A DNA stretch of 63,293 nucleotides from a virus (taxonomy: Duplodnaviria > Caudoviricetes), in the IMG/VR virus record IMGVR_UViG_3300036980_000702, positions 1 through 63,293 of that record; one strand, given 5' to 3'. Position 1 is the stretch's first letter, and each line of letters opens with the position of its first letter. The notes beneath the pieces are model-generated. The model searched no databases, was not told the DNA's origin, and saw only the letters and a list, made by a program, of their open reading frames with translations. The position numbers and the translations under genes were made by a program. Shown here piece after piece: positions 45,926 to 55,680 of this stretch.

Positions 45926-46551
45926 TTTTTCTCCTTTATCAATAAAAATTGCTCCCCTATATATCGGGAGTAGGCCGGGGGAATGGCTTCATCAAGTTCT
46001 GTTTTAATCATCCAGTCAATTTGCATTGCTTCTTTTATTTCGGCAGTTGTAGGTTCTTTTCTTGTTGGATCAGTTTTTCTTCTCGGAGATCCTGAAACCA
46101 AAACCGGTGTTTTTCCATGATTGCAAGGAGGTAACATGTAAGTATGTAACCACGGTATTTCAAAATAACGATGCCTAAAAAGATTAAGCCCAAACATTGT
46201 GCCACATAACATAACCGGATTATTAAGTAAATGACGCGCCCCGCCCACATTTTCAATTACATACGGTTTTCCAGACATTTGAATTAACTCCCGCGTAAAT
46301 CCAATCAAATCCGGGTGGTTTTCTTTTTTATCGGCTGGCGTCAAAACAGAATACTTTTGACAAGGCGGAGACGCAGACACAAGATCAAACTCCTTTAAAA
46401 ATTCTGGGTCTAATTTTGTAACATCGGCTTGGATAAACTCAAACGGGTAATGGGGTTGAAAATCGATATCGATTCCGGTAACTTCAAATCCCGTTTGATG
46501 ATATCCCATAGACATCCCACCGGCCCCACAATACAAATCTAATATCTTCAT
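45922..46551 (-). CDS. Short C5-cytosine DNA methyltransferase-like protein
   Basis: DLYCGAGG, SPPCQ, IENV, RHRYFE and EAIPP motifs. Confidence 0.85.
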   Translation of the reverse strand: MKILDLYCGAGGMSMGYHQTGFEVTGIDIDFQPHYPFEFIQADVTKLDPEFLKEFDLVSASPPCQKYSVLTPADKKENHPDLIGFTRELIQMSGKPYVIENVGGARHLLNNPVMLCGTMFGLNLFRHRYFEIPWLHTYMLPPCNHGKTPVLVSGSPRRKTDPTRKEPTTAEIKEAMQIDWMIKTELDEAIPPAYSRYIGEQFLLIKEKK

Positions 46552-47243
46552 TTTCTCAACCCCGCAATTCTCCCCCTGCTGCAGATTACTTTTTCGACAT
46601 AAGGCCGAGCTATATTTTTAAATCCATTACCGTTTCCGGCGTTGTAAATAGCCAGCGCGGTTTCGTATCCATATTTTTTTCTCAGGTCAACAAAACATCG
46701 AATCCCCACTCTCAAACATGCCTTCCAATTGTACAAATCCCACTGGTTGTAATGGTATCGACTGCGATAATTTTTGAATGTTTGAGGCATAACCTGGAGA
46801 TATCCAATTGCCCCTTTTTTGCTCCGGGCAGTTGAAACAAATCGGGATTCTTGATCGGCAATGGCAAATATCTCTACCGGGTCCGCCCCCTCCTGCCGGC
46901 AGACAAAATATACCTGGCGGGTAAAGTTGGCGGTATCCTCATCTGTAATATTGGGATTTATTTTTTGGATATAACCAAAAATATTGGTTGATTTATTGGC
47001 GATAATTCCGCGATAAATTTCCTCGTGGATTTCATTTATTTCCCGGATCTCCCGGACGTGTTCGTTTTTTAAATTAGCTATATCCCGATCAAAAATAACT
47101 TTTTGATCACGGATAAGAGATTGGTATTTTATATCCCTTTCTTGTTGCAGTTTATTTCCGGTATCAAACACACCCCATACATAGACACCAATCAAACCCA
47201 AAAACACCGGAAAAATTATTACCCATAAACGATCAGATTTCAT
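46548..47243 (-). CDS. Membrane-anchored lytic transglycosylase (SLT family)
   Basis: QESRF...SKKGAIGYLQVMP...YNAG; N-terminal TM segment. Confidence 0.9.
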   Translation of the reverse strand: MKSDRLWVIIFPVFLGLIGVYVWGVFDTGNKLQQERDIKYQSLIRDQKVIFDRDIANLKNEHVREIREINEIHEEIYRGIIANKSTNIFGYIQKINPNITDEDTANFTRQVYFVCRQEGADPVEIFAIADQESRFVSTARSKKGAIGYLQVMPQTFKNYRSRYHYNQWDLYNWKACLRVGIRCFVDLRKKYGYETALAIYNAGNGNGFKNIARPYVEKVICSRGRIAGLRK

Positions 47244-47511
47244 TTTAGCGCTCCTTTTTTTAATTTTTTTTCTAATTTTATTAATTTTTTTGTTGATTTA
47301 TCAAATTCCTCGCAAGTTTTTATAATATCATCACAAGTTATATTAAATTTATCAATTATGTTCATTTTCCCACCTCGTTCCTCTCTTTTTCTCCTTATCC
47401 CAACTACACGTTAGACAAGGATCTTTGTACGTTTTGTCTTTGTTTTGACATTCAATGCAGCAATAATAAAAGTTTAGATCTATGTATCCTTTGCCGATAA
47501 AAAGCGGTAGT

Positions 47512-47946
47512 TCAATTTTCATTGATAATTGTCATTAACGCCGCCTTAACTATTGCCTCCGGTAAAGTTTTGGTCATCGGACTTTGCAAAAGAGGGTCTG
47601 GATCCGCCCATTCCTCTTGATCAAATCCTACCCAATGCAAGCCATTCCCCTCAAAATCCCCCCGACAAACATACCGGTACTTTAATTCCATCATTTTTTC
47701 CACCACTAACCAGGCGTCTTTAATTTTCGTTGAATATTCAAGAATTTTTGAACTACATAATGAAAAATCTAATTTGCCTGTTGCTTTTATCCCTCCTCCG
47801 TCTTTATTTAAAGAATAAATATATGTTTTTTCTTTATCTTTTTTAGTCATACAATGAGCAATTTGATAATTAAAAATATAATAAGCAACCCATAAATCTA
47901 ATATTTTACCTGGCGGTTCATTCAAGATTTGTTCGATAGTTAACAT
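47512..47946 (-). CDS. Phage ABA-sandwich domain protein
   Basis: YSTKIKDAWLVVEKM...PEAIVKAAL. Confidence 0.7.
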   Translation of the reverse strand: MLTIEQILNEPPGKILDLWVAYYIFNYQIAHCMTKKDKEKTYIYSLNKDGGGIKATGKLDFSLCSSKILEYSTKIKDAWLVVEKMMELKYRYVCRGDFEGNGLHWVGFDQEEWADPDPLLQSPMTKTLPEAIVKAALMTIINEN

Positions 47947-48184
47947 TCCTCTTCCTCCTCCTTGTGAGGGCAATCATCGTGTTTGCAAACTTCTCCGGGG
48001 TGATTCACTATGATTTCTTCAAAATATTCATCGCATTTTATGCGTAAATCATCATTATATTCGCAATCGGCGCATTCGAGATGTGGGTATTTCATCCATC
48101 CTGACATGATTCTTCCTCCTCAAAAGATTATATTTTAACGGTTTCCCGGTAATTTTCATATTAAAGGGGGGATTCCCCCCCTTC

Positions 48185-48901
48185 TTACATCGACCCTGCT
48201 AAAATCTGATATCCAGGGAGTAACTCTTTCAACCGTGAAATTTCCCATCCCACAGCCTCACTCCAATACCGGTTAAATTTCGGACAGGTAAGCGTAAATA
48301 ATGGTTTTTGCCCTTCTTCACGCGGTTTCTGCAACTCCAGTGAAATTTCCATGTCCACAACCTCGGAAGCTCCAAAAACAAGCGGTAAGGTAATTTCAAA
48401 TTGCCGCGGTATTTTGGTGGTGGTTTCAGCGTCTTTGATCTTAATCGCCACGGTGATATTATCCCGATCTTCATAGCCGAAATCTCCGATGATTGATGTT
48501 GCGTAAGAAAGATATTGAGCCTTTCCTAAGAGATCATCCATTTCATGGACCTCTTCCGGTTGTCGAAGCTTCAGAAAATCAACAAATTGCTTCTGCGGCA
48601 AAGCTTTGTTCAAAACCGCAACCCATTCGTCCCATTCAGCAGAAGTTTTAAATACAAATTTGCCATGATCTTTTGGCCGATCCATGATGGAATCGTCAAG
48701 GATGATTCCGATCCCTTTGTTATCAAAAAAGATTAAAGTCTTATCGGAATATCCACGAAATTTTACCAATTCTGCAATCGCGTCGATGGTATCCAGACGG
48801 TAATCGGTTCCGCCAGGATAAAAAACTTTCTTTTCCCCGGTAAATATGTTTAATTCGGTGCTCCCGGTTTCGGGGCTAACCAATACTTTAATTTCATCCA
48901 A
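48185..48901 (-). CDS. DUF2303-like protein
   Basis: QKQFVDFL, IPRQFEITLPLVFG; paired with the upstream small gene. Confidence 0.55.
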   Translation of the reverse strand: MDEIKVLVSPETGSTELNIFTGEKKVFYPGGTDYRLDTIDAIAELVKFRGYSDKTLIFFDNKGIGIILDDSIMDRPKDHGKFVFKTSAEWDEWVAVLNKALPQKQFVDFLKLRQPEEVHEMDDLLGKAQYLSYATSIIGDFGYEDRDNITVAIKIKDAETTTKIPRQFEITLPLVFGASEVVDMEISLELQKPREEGQKPLFTLTCPKFNRYWSEAVGWEISRLKELLPGYQILAGSM

Positions 48902-48902
48902 A

Positions 48903-49223
48903 TTACTTACCTCCCATATCTTCGACTAATTTTAACTGCCTTACGTTGTCCGGTTTCGGGGGATCGACTTTTAAAAGCGATCCATCGGAAATCTCGGCAA
49001 TACATGACATCTTTCGTTTTGGAGCTTTTGGAGTTACGGTGTATTCGATTGCCGCGATAGTTATAGTGTTTTCGATTCGTTTAATTCTCAAGTTGATCGC
49101 AATCGTCCCAACTTCTCCCGGAAGTAGTTTACTTAGTATATTTGAATAAGATTTCTGAAACTCCTCCTCCAACGCCCCTTCGCAAATATTTCCTAGTGTT
49201 ACGTACTCTTTAACTGCTTCGAT
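48903..49223 (-). CDS. Partner of the DUF2303-like gene; start probably non-canonical
   Basis: Frame is open up to a GGGGGT RBS followed by ATT/ATC; LGNICEGALEEEF motif. Confidence 0.5.
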   Translation of the reverse strand: MEAVKEYVTLGNICEGALEEEFQKSYSNILSKLLPGEVGTIAINLRIKRIENTITIAAIEYTVTPKAPKRKMSCIAEISDGSLLKVDPPKPDNVRQLKLVEDMGGK

Positions 49224-49265
49224 AATGTTTACCCCCTTTTATTTTTTTATTGCTGGGATTATTTT

Positions 49266-49667
49266 TTAAGATAAATCACCACCTTTATATTTACACATTT
49301 CTTGATTTCTTCGAATAATAGTTTGTAATGGTGGAGCAAATAAAGAATCTGTAATCACGGTAATATTTTTATTTAATCGATAAGGTTCCCCGGCCTGGCA
49401 AATACAAGTGGCCCCGTTTTCATAATTAAATCCGTCTAATTGTGCCCAATAAGTAGCTATTCCAGTATCGCAACATATCCAACATTTAACCGCTTCTCTC
49501 GGTATAGCGCTGGTTCTTATTAAAATAGATCCGCATTGACAAATTCTTTTAAATTGACGTTCTGACCACTCAAATTGATTGCCACAATTTGCGCAGCGGT
49601 TAATTTTATATTTTTCGCTTAATTCTTTGATTACGTCCTTGAGATTAGGTAATAAATCCATCTTCAC
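49266..49667 (-). CDS. Zinc-binding replication-associated protein
   Basis: CANC, CQCG, CWICCDTG and CICQAG motifs. Confidence 0.6.
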   Translation of the reverse strand: MKMDLLPNLKDVIKELSEKYKINRCANCGNQFEWSERQFKRICQCGSILIRTSAIPREAVKCWICCDTGIATYWAQLDGFNYENGATCICQAGEPYRLNKNITVITDSLFAPPLQTIIRRNQEMCKYKGGDLS

Positions 49668-49697
49668 CCATCCTTTTTGCCGCTTCGTTAAACATTT

Positions 49698-50213
49698 TTA
49701 TATTCCGTTTAATTTAACAACATTACCAGTTAAATACCCGGCCCGTTTGTTAATAACATCATTCTTTTCTCTGTCAAAATTGGCCTCATAAATTCTCATA
49801 AATTGACTTCTAAGATATTCTTGATTTTCCGATTCAAACATTTCCCGGAGTCCTATTTGATCAACCGTTTTTTCGATAATAGGATTGCTCCAAGTTGGTC
49901 TTTCCCCAGCATATTGGAACCTTATGGAGTTTGTCCCACTTGTAATGTATTTCCTAACTTCTCCCCACGCTTCCTCAGGCGAAGCTAATTCTGACGTTGA
50001 AAAACTCATTGCCGCTTCTCGGATCTCTGCAATTGTCGGAAAAAATTTTGATGTGATGATTACTTTTGTCAATGCCTTTTCCGCCAGTTCGTAGGGAATA
50101 TCTTTTAAAAACTTTTCCCAAATAACAACCGTTGGTTCCGGGTCTTTCTCTTGCATATTTGGAAAACTAGCCAAAGCTAATGATACAAGTTTTAGAATTT
50201 CAGGTCTTTCCAT
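49698..50213 (-). CDS. Replicative helicase loader/inhibitor (G39P-like)
   Basis: W...LKDIPYE...SKFFPTIAEIR...EAWGEV. Confidence 0.85.
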   Translation of the reverse strand: MERPEILKLVSLALASFPNMQEKDPEPTVVIWEKFLKDIPYELAEKALTKVIITSKFFPTIAEIREAAMSFSTSELASPEEAWGEVRKYITSGTNSIRFQYAGERPTWSNPIIEKTVDQIGLREMFESENQEYLRSQFMRIYEANFDREKNDVINKRAGYLTGNVVKLNGI

Positions 50214-50994
50214 TTCGTGCCTCCTCCATCATTAATTCCAGTTTAGCTAAGGCTTTTGGTTTTTGGGGTAGTCCTCCGTTGCTCTTGTTTTCTCGTCTAT
50301 TCCAGTTGAGAATAGTCGCGTAATGCGATTTGTATTTGTATCCTTTAGAGGCAATCCCGAGATCGAGTTCTTCGATTTTTTCTTTTGTGGATGGTTCTCC
50401 AAACTTGTCCACCAATTTTATATACTCATCGGGAGTGAGCATAACTGTCTTGTTTTCCCCGTATACTACTTTTAGATCTTCCTTAGATCTTCTTTTAAGA
50501 TCCTTACCAAGATCTTTAAGATCCGTATTCGTAATCGAGAGCGTATTCGTATTCGTATACGGAGCCGAATTATGTTGATTTCCGTTACTATCATTTGATA
50601 TCAGTTGATTGCAGATTAATTCAGGATCTATCAAAGTACTTTCTTCATCGTCGAATGATGGATATTTAGGTTTTAAAGCCCTTGTTTGCTGGTGATCTAC
50701 CCAATTTAAAAATTGAAGATAATATTTACCTTTGTTTTCGTAAATACAAATCGTTCCTTGTTTAGTCAATCCATAAAGCCATTCGACAATTTGTGATAGT
50801 TTGATAGTAAAATTTCCTTCAGCATCAAGTTTTAGAGGGAAACACTTTGCGCGAACAATTGCTGGTTTTGCTTCCATTCTGCCATAATCTTCACAGTTGA
50901 CAATTAGCCGGAAAAATAGACGTTCTTCTTCCAAAGAAAAGCGGTCTATAGTTTCACTAGTTAAAATTGATTCTTTTAAAATTCTATTTGGCAT
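50200..50994 (-). CDS. Phage replication initiator
   Basis: MPNRILKESI...EDYGR...NWVDHQ; C-terminal KYKSHYATILNW; internal iterons. Confidence 0.8.
   Translation of the reverse strand: MPNRILKESILTSETIDRFSLEEERLFFRLIVNCEDYGRMEAKPAIVRAKCFPLKLDAEGNFTIKLSQIVEWLYGLTKQGTICIYENKGKYYLQFLNWVDHQQTRALKPKYPSFDDEESTLIDPELICNQLISNDSNGNQHNSAPYTNTNTLSITNTDLKDLGKDLKRRSKEDLKVVYGENKTVMLTPDEYIKLVDKFGEPSTKEKIEELDLGIASKGYKYKSHYATILNWNRRENKSNGGLPQKPKALAKLELMMEEARNGKT
50473..50560. repeat. Putative replication origin iterons inside the initiator gene
   Basis: Five AGATC(T/C) units within ~52 bp, followed by CGTATT repeats. Confidence 0.55.
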
Positions 50995-51011
50995 CTCCTT
51001 TTCGCCCTTCT

Positions 51012-51434
51012 TTAATGCCTTTCTTCATTGCGGTTAATATCATCTAAACCTTTTGATCCGTGGTCGTAAGCACTCACCCATATTTCTACTTCTCGCATGT
51101 GTATATCATTGGCAATTTCGACAGCTTCCCTAACACAATTTTTAGCATCCCAATAAACCTCCGTAGCAGTAAATCTCAAAATAACATAGCCTTGTTTGAT
51201 TAAAAACCTTTCTCTTTCGTAGTCGTACAGTCTTTGAGACTTTGTTTTGTGATATTCGTGACCATCAATTTCAATTGCACAATTGTTATATACGAAATCA
51301 ACCCTATATTTTCCGATGGTTACTTGAGGTGTTAATTCCGTCAAAAGATCACCTTCGCATTCTTGAAATTCATCATAAAATTTCTGTTCAATCTCGTTCA
51401 TTCGTCGAATTACCTCCTTTTTTAAACCACTCAA
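51012..51434 (-). CDS. DUF559/Vsr-like endonuclease
   Basis: YRVDF...IEIDGHEYH...GYVILRF. Confidence 0.85.
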   Translation of the reverse strand: MSGLKKEVIRRMNEIEQKFYDEFQECEGDLLTELTPQVTIGKYRVDFVYNNCAIEIDGHEYHKTKSQRLYDYERERFLIKQGYVILRFTATEVYWDAKNCVREAVEIANDIHMREVEIWVSAYDHGSKGLDDINRNEERH

Positions 51435-51579
51435 AGGTTTCTTCCCGAATAAATCTTACGGATTTCCCGACTTTATAATGAGGACAACCGTTTTTAATAG
51501 CGTTATCAATAGCGGTCATGCTCACTTGTAGTTCAGCGCAAAGATCCTTCTTTGTAAGTGCTTGATCTATTTTAATCAC
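51388..51579 (-). CDS. Excisionase-like HTH protein
   Basis: LTKKDLCAELQVS...PHYKVGKSVRF. Confidence 0.8.
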   Translation of the reverse strand: MIKIDQALTKKDLCAELQVSMTAIDNAIKNGCPHYKVGKSVRFIREETFEWFKKGGNSTNERD

Positions 51580-51653
51580 CCTCTCTCGTGTTTTATTGTA
51601 TCATTTCATTGTCACAAAATCAACCATCTTTCCCAAAAAAATAAGGTCATTTT

Positions 51654-52463
51654 TCATGACCTTATTTCCCCAGTCGGAAACTCCCTAATTAATTCCCCAG
51701 GCCAATACGGAGCCAGATTTTGTTTCATAAATAGTGGTATTCCGTATTTTCGAGAATTATTTACAATATCCTCAATCCATTTTGCAATGGGAGGAACCGC
51801 CCCTGGTCCGGTCTGCGCCCCAATAATAATCCAATCTACAAATAAAATGTATCCACGGGGAATCGGTCCAAGAAGCGGTTCAAAACTCATAAAAACTTTG
51901 TAACCACCATCCTTCGCTCGGCATAAATGAACCATACGATCACTAGCAATGATAGTCGTTTCGTCACCGCGGATGATTTTATCAACGTCATCCCCGGCTC
52001 CAGTGACGGTTGTCCCAAGGTATATCTTATTTTTATTAATCCAATCAGATGTGTTACCATACCGTAAAAATGTACGATGGATATTAAAGGGATCTTTTGA
52101 TAAAAATAAGTATGCATGCTGAGGATGGGCTTGAACACATGCTAAAATAACCTTTTTCCATTCCTCTTTTATCCACCATCCTCCCAAATCACCCATTGAC
52201 CCCATAAAAATACGAAGAGGGTCATTGAGATTTTTTTCTGGCCACCCCTTTAATTTCCGCTGTTTTATTATTTTTGGATTTAATTTTGCGGTTTTTAAAC
52301 CTTGAAGTCGTTCAAGTTCCGGGCGGGGATTAAACCTCTCATTTATCGGCCCCTCGCCAAACCATCGCGCTATTTTACGACCATAGCAATATGGGCACCC
52401 GTGTAGGCAACCTGGGACGGGATTGAGTGTAAGATCAGCCCAGTCGATATTGGTTAAGTTCAT
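51654..52463 (-). CDS. DUF5131 (gp37/gp68) radical-SAM-like protein
   Basis: IDWAD...GCLHGCPYCY, SMGD, SFEPLL, WIIIGAQTG, FMKQ. Confidence 0.9.
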   Translation of the reverse strand: MNLTNIDWADLTLNPVPGCLHGCPYCYGRKIARWFGEGPINERFNPRPELERLQGLKTAKLNPKIIKQRKLKGWPEKNLNDPLRIFMGSMGDLGGWWIKEEWKKVILACVQAHPQHAYLFLSKDPFNIHRTFLRYGNTSDWINKNKIYLGTTVTGAGDDVDKIIRGDETTIIASDRMVHLCRAKDGGYKVFMSFEPLLGPIPRGYILFVDWIIIGAQTGPGAVPPIAKWIEDIVNNSRKYGIPLFMKQNLAPYWPGELIREFPTGEIRS

Positions 52464-52930
52464 TTTTCTTTTGTAACCTCACTTTTTAATATTTCCTTAT
52501 ATTCCCAATAGTAATAAACTTCTCCAGTGTACGTACTTCGTAGTTTTAAATATTCTTCCTGATCTGCTTTTAATCCGCAAAAAACATAACATTGTTTCAA
52601 TTCCCTTTTTATATTGACTATCACCGAAATTATTTTTGAACCCAAAGCCTTGCCAAGTTCATTGCGACCATTGTCCCACCATTGGCCAGATGCCTTTATA
52701 ATAGTTCCATCCATCATTGGGATATCAAATTTGCATCCGCCAAAAGCTTCCCAACCTACAGATGGGTTTTCATATTTATAAACCTCAACAAAAATTCCAT
52801 ATTTATCTATACCAAATAAATAATTACCATATTTTTCATATTTAATTTCAGGATATTCATTTAAAACAAGAGCTTCGCCATTATTAACTTTAACAACGGC
52901 CTCGATTTTATAATTATCATTTTTAACCAT
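52460..52930 (-). CDS. Hypothetical protein
   Basis: RBS supports MVKNDNY; EAFGGCKF...GQWWD. Confidence 0.6.
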   Translation of the reverse strand: MVKNDNYKIEAVVKVNNGEALVLNEYPEIKYEKYGNYLFGIDKYGIFVEVYKYENPSVGWEAFGGCKFDIPMMDGTIIKASGQWWDNGRNELGKALGSKIISVIVNIKRELKQCYVFCGLKADQEEYLKLRSTYTGEVYYYWEYKEILKSEVTKEK

Positions 52931-53225
52931 TTTCCTTCCTTTCCTCATGCCATTCGATAATCTCAAATTCGTAAGCTTTAAGACCGATTTCTCCACTCGG
53001 AGTAATCGCCACCATAGCCCCGTGGCTATTGACCCAAACCTCATATTCGTGATCTTTTATGGCCATCACGATTGGCAGTCCCAGCAGTACGGATATTCCC
53101 GGAATATCCGATTCTGATGTAACGGTTTTTGCCATTAATATCTTTTTTGGAACTTTCCCGCGCCATGAAGCCGGGTATGAATCAGACTGTCCTTTTAATG
53201 CCAAACTTTCATAAGATGATTTCAT
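52923..53225 (-). CDS. Hypothetical protein
   Basis: GGAGG RBS; WVNSHGAM...LKAYEFEI. Confidence 0.6.
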   Translation of the reverse strand: MKSSYESLALKGQSDSYPASWRGKVPKKILMAKTVTSESDIPGISVLLGLPIVMAIKDHEYEVWVNSHGAMVAITPSGEIGLKAYEFEIIEWHEERKENG

Positions 53226-53554
53226 TTTTATTTTTCCTCCTCATTTGTTCTTCAACTTTATTTTTAAGATAGTCTGACCAATGCTCCTCTATTTTTTCAT
53301 TGATCAAACATTTTTCCTTACAATACAAAAATACCCCTTCTTGATCGTCGATTTGTTTTGCGGGACATTCAGGAGGGCAACCGCCATTTTCACCTGAACG
53401 AAGAGACGAGATAGCAGCGGCTAATAATTTTTCAAGTACTATAATTTTATTTTCTTGAAATTCGATTATTGATTGATTTTTGTTAATAATAGTGTTCAAA
53501 TCTTCAATTTTTTCACTTAAATCCCTTACAAAATCTACTCTTTCCTTATCCATT

Positions 53555-53926
53555 CTACACCTCCAAAAAGTATGCCCAACATTTTTCCGATGGATCACTT
53601 GGTGTGCAGTTTTTTTCACACCATTCTTCTGATTTTTCGCATTGATTTAGTAATTCGGCCGGACAGTCATCCTCATGCAACTCCAAAAGACAGTCACGAA
53701 ATTTTTTCAGAGTTTCAATCTGTACTTTTTGACATTCAATGTTTTGTTGGATATCAATTAGATCTTGTTGCAAAGTTTCAACAATCGGCCTGATTTTGTT
53801 TAAAATTTCAATTCTGCCCCGATGAAAAAGGACTTTTTTTGATCCAGTTTGACCACGATCCATTATGTTTAATTTTGCAACTGTAATTCGCTTGATTTCT
53901 TTATCTATCTCAACTAAATAGTCCAT
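53555..53926 (-). CDS. Coiled-coil and Cys-rich hypothetical protein
   Basis: AAGGAG RBS; the adjacent gene (53209-53553) has a similar architecture. Confidence 0.6.
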   Translation of the reverse strand: MDYLVEIDKEIKRITVAKLNIMDRGQTGSKKVLFHRGRIEILNKIRPIVETLQQDLIDIQQNIECQKVQIETLKKFRDCLLELHEDDCPAELLNQCEKSEEWCEKNCTPSDPSEKCWAYFLEV

Positions 53927-53969
53927 TTTTCTCCTTTCGTGGGCCGGTGGTTAGACCGGCCCTGGGTAG

Positions 53970-54896
53970 TTAACCTAAATTGGTAAATTTGTATTGGATA
54001 TAATCAGCAGGTTCAACGGTATACCCATTTCGATGAATCCATTTTCCAGAGATTAAAAAATTACCAATGCTTACCCGTTCCCGCTTATCAAGTTTCTTTT
54101 TAATGAATTTATCAATTTCATCAAACTCTTTTGATACCGGATAAAGTTCCGCTCGTCTCTCGACCATCTCCAAAAATTCGAGATCATCAATAAATTCCAA
54201 TCCATCCCTAACCATTGGAGGTAAACAAACATGATCAAAAGCGCAATACTCACAAACCGAATAATCATCAATTCTTTCCGGTAAAGTGTTGTTTGCTACA
54301 TGGTTTTCCACTCGTTCGGTTTTTTGGAGAAGAGATTCCATATAAACCAAATCAAGTTTTATCGGTATAATTTTCGGCTTAAATCTAGGAATGGATTTGA
54401 TGTAAAAAAATCCCTCCTCCTCGGCTTTGATGTAAAGATAGGTAATAAGCTGAGCTGGGTACTTTCTAATCCATGATTTTTTAGAGTTAAAGAAATCCTG
54501 GAGGCAGTTAAGGCGGTCGAAGTCCAAGATGTTTAACCCCTTTATTTCCCCAGTGATTACAACCCCGTCACCAAAGTCAACCCGAACGTCAAGGTGAGCG
54601 GAAATTCTCGGTCTGCTTTCCATGATCGCTTTGTCGGGTTCCGGGCGATAAACCCGGAATCCTGCTTTTTCCAAATCTTTGATTGCCAAATCTTCAACCA
54701 TGCGGCCACCCTGAAAAACAAACTCTAATTCCGGGTCATGTGGTTTCCGATCAGCCCAATTTACAATGGAATGAACCAAATAACGTTCACATGGATGACC
54801 GATTTCCGAAGCTCGGACAACATATTGAGGCATAATTTTTATGTCAGATTTTACCGAATCATAGATCCTATTTAGGATCAGTTTTGGATCCATCAT
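53970..54896 (-). CDS. Cas4-like PD-(D/E)xK exonuclease
   Basis: RASEIGHPCER, HLD...EIK, Q...Y, C-terminal CEYCAFDHVC. Confidence 0.8.
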   Translation of the reverse strand: MMDPKLILNRIYDSVKSDIKIMPQYVVRASEIGHPCERYLVHSIVNWADRKPHDPELEFVFQGGRMVEDLAIKDLEKAGFRVYRPEPDKAIMESRPRISAHLDVRVDFGDGVVITGEIKGLNILDFDRLNCLQDFFNSKKSWIRKYPAQLITYLYIKAEEEGFFYIKSIPRFKPKIIPIKLDLVYMESLLQKTERVENHVANNTLPERIDDYSVCEYCAFDHVCLPPMVRDGLEFIDDLEFLEMVERRAELYPVSKEFDEIDKFIKKKLDKRERVSIGNFLISGKWIHRNGYTVEPADYIQYKFTNLG

Positions 54897-55680
54897 TTGA
54901 TTTTGCCGCCTTCCATTTGTCATATCCTTCCAAAACCTTGTCGTAAACTTTAGGAATCTGTTTTTCAGTTAAGGATTCGATCTTGGATTTGCCGGGGACT
55001 TCCTTTCCGTCACCAGCAGTAAAAGAAGTTAATTTCACCAGCAAGGCAGCACATTTTGTCTCATCATTGTTACACATTTCTTTAATCATATCCCAAATTT
55101 TGGTTCGTTTATCTTGAAATTCGGGCGACATTTCCTTATTATCTTTGGAATCATATTCAACCCCTTTAATTTTTGTAACATCCAAACCAGATTCCCTTAA
55201 TTCATCGATAGTAATGTTTTTGAGACCAAGTAAATGACCAATTCCATTTCCGATACAATTGGTTAATGCTGATTTTTGAACATCGCCTTTATCAATTTCC
55301 GATAATGGTTTATCGATACCTCCCTTGCCTTTGCTAAAAAATGAATCCCGACTAGACCGGGAACCAATCGCTTCAACCTCAATATCTTTCATCGAAAAAT
55401 AACCTTTATACTCGAATCGAAAATGACCATCGTCTTCCAAAAAATAGGAGCACGGATCAATCCTCCATGAAATCCCATACAACCTAGCTATTTTAGCGCT
55501 GCCGGACTCTTGTAAATAAGGTTTACCATTTTGTAAAATCCAATCAGAAGGATTACTTACCTTGAAGGCGTAAATTCTTATTTTTCGAATTGCCTCAATT
55601 CTTTTTTCAGCGTCCCTAGCTATTTCAATCAATCGGTCATCATATATTGCCGGTAGTTGGTTTTGGTCAATATTTTCCAA
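54868..55680 (-). CDS. Putative single-strand annealing (recombination) protein
   Basis: KPYLQESGSAKIA motif; adjacent to the exonuclease. Confidence 0.55.
   Translation of the reverse strand: MENIDQNQLPAIYDDRLIEIARDAEKRIEAIRKIRIYAFKVSNPSDWILQNGKPYLQESGSAKIARLYGISWRIDPCSYFLEDDGHFRFEYKGYFSMKDIEVEAIGSRSSRDSFFSKGKGGIDKPLSEIDKGDVQKSALTNCIGNGIGHLLGLKNITIDELRESGLDVTKIKGVEYDSKDNKEMSPEFQDKRTKIWDMIKEMCNNDETKCAALLVKLTSFTAGDGKEVPGKSKIESLTEKQIPKVYDKVLEGYDKWKAAKSNDGSKTDPK

Noticed and set aside
51388-51579. Excisionase implying an integration module
   Set aside because: It is a generic HTH within the replication operon, with no integrase or att site nearby
53970-54896. Cas4-like gene as evidence of CRISPR-Cas
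   Set aside because: It is a stand-alone phage exonuclease next to a recombination gene, with no cas1/cas2 or array
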